Under the pieces are notes generated by a model that was given only the letters and a program-made list of their open reading frames with translations, was not told the DNA's origin and did no database searches. A program made the translations under genes and the position numbers. From Narcine bancroftii (taxonomy: Eukaryota), in NCBI RefSeq assembly GCF_036971445.1, contig NC_091472.1, forward strand, positions 129,084,001-129,148,000: DNA of 64,000 nucleotides. The letters are read 5' to 3'. Numbering within the stretch: position 1 is the stretch's first letter; every line of letters starts with the position of its first letter. Shown piece by piece: positions 62,469 to 64,000 of this stretch.

Positions 62469-64000
62469 TCTTTTTTTTAAAATTTTTTTATTTTTCACAC
62501 CATAAATCACATTGATCAAGATACATACATTTTCCTTTTCAAATATATACAGTGTCGTTTTCTTCCCCCCCCCCTTCTTCCCATCCCACCCTCCCTACCT
62601 CCCCTCCCATTCATTTAAAATACAGAATCTAAGATACATTAAACCAGTCAAATAATGTTGTCGCTCAATAAAAATAAACAAGAAGTTCCACTGAGTCAAT
62701 TCTTTTCATTTCCTTCTCCTTCTGTCATTTTAGGTGGCAGATGTCCCCGGTAGGTTTTCGCTATTGTGTTTCATGTATGGCTCCCATATTTGTTCAAATA
62801 TTGCAATATTATTTCTTAAATTATATGTTATTTTTTCTAATGGAATACATTTATTCATTTCTATATACCATTGATGTATTCTCAAGTTATCTTCTAATTT
62901 CCAGCCTGACCTAATACATTTTTTTGCTACGGCTAGGGCTATCCTAACAAATCTTTTTTTGCACCATCCAAATCAAGTCCAAATTCTTTGTTTTTTATGT
63001 TGCTTAGAAGGAAGATCTCTGGGTTTTTTTGGTATATTGCTTTCTGTAATTTTATTTAATATCTGGTTTAGATCTTCCCAAAATTTTTTCACTTTCTCAC
63101 ACGTCCAGATTGCATGAATTGTTGTTCCCATTTCTTTTTTACAACGAAAACATCTGTCAGATACTGTTGGGTCCCCTTTATTTAACTTTTGAGGTGTAAT
63201 GTATAGTCTGTGTATCCAGTTATATTGTATCATACGTAACCTCGTGTTTATTGTATTTCTCATAGTTCCAGAGTGTAACTTCTCCCATGTTTCCTTCTTT
63301 ATCTTTATGTTTAAATCTTGTTCCCATTTTTGTTTAGTTTTACCATTTGTTTCCTCATTCTCCTTTTCTTGCAGTTTAATATACATATTTGTTATAAATT
63401 TTTTGATTATCATTGTATCTGTAATCACATATTCAAAATTACTTCCCTCTGGTAACCTCAGACTGCTTCCCAATTTGTCCTTCAAGTAGGATTTCAGTTC
63501 GTAGTATGCCAACACTGTATCTTGAGTTATATTATATTTATTCTTCATTTGTTCAAAGGATAGTAATTTATTTCCTGAAAAACAATTTTCTATTCTTTTG
63601 ATCCCTTTTTTCTCCCATTCTCTAAAGGAAAGGTTATTTATTGTAAAAGGGATTAACTGATTTTGCGTCAGTAATAGTTTTGGTAATTGGTAATTTGTTT
63701 TATTCCTTTCTACATGAATCTTCTTCCAAATATTGAGCAGATGATGTAATACTGGAGAATTCCTACGTTGTACCAATTTTTCATCCCATTTATATAATAT
63801 ATGTTCAGGTATCTTCTACCCTATTTTATCTAGTTCTAATCTAGTCCAATCTGGCTTTTCCCTTGTTTGATAAAAATCTGATAGGTATCTTAATTGTGCG
63901 GCTCTATAATAATTTTTAAAGTTTGGCAGTTGTAAGCCTCCTTGTTTATACCATTCTGTTAATTTATCTAGTGCTATCCTCGGTTTCCCCCCTTTCCATA
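62469..64000 (-). mobile_element. Younger L1/Tx1-like LINE 3' part, nested in the older L1 and running off the window
   Basis: Poly-T end at ~62470; 267-aa open segment with CFRCKKEMGTTIHAIWTC. Confidence 0.9.

Noticed and set aside
35421-64000. PGAM5, expected from human synteny
   Set aside because: No recognisable PGAM5 peptide on either strand; it may lie beyond the window.

Overview
Intron-rich, AT-rich vertebrate genomic DNA. It is most likely a cartilaginous fish, inferred from HE1/V-SINE-like SINEs and the CR1, L1/Tx1, RTE, Rex1/Babar, Penelope and Gypsy repeat mix. The minus strand carries coding exons 1-12 of POLE (DNA polymerase epsilon catalytic subunit; ATG at 16451, gene runs off the left edge). 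Head-to-head on the plus strand is a complete 5-exon PXMP2 (21615-35420, 191 aa). Downstream are a three-level nest of LTR elements, a GC-rich 3x78-bp tandem repeat, and an unidentified gene whose first coding exon encodes a divergent ubiquitin-like domain (44780-45038). Much of the remainder is transposon-derived. Highlights: (1) a full-length Gypsy element with no tRNA primer site but a 14-nt PBS perfectly complementary to its own LTR (self-priming geometry) and a YLDN RT motif; (2) the orphan ubiquitin-like gene with a promoter tandem repeat; (3) repeated 5'-inverted (twin-priming-like) insertions of RTE and L1 LINEs; (4) a Phe->Ser change in the POLE ExoII proofreading motif; (5) about 5 kb of inserted and inverted DNA separating the POLE and PXMP2 starts. 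All calls were read by eye with no database search, and repeat boundaries are approximate unless a target-site duplication (TSD) is given.
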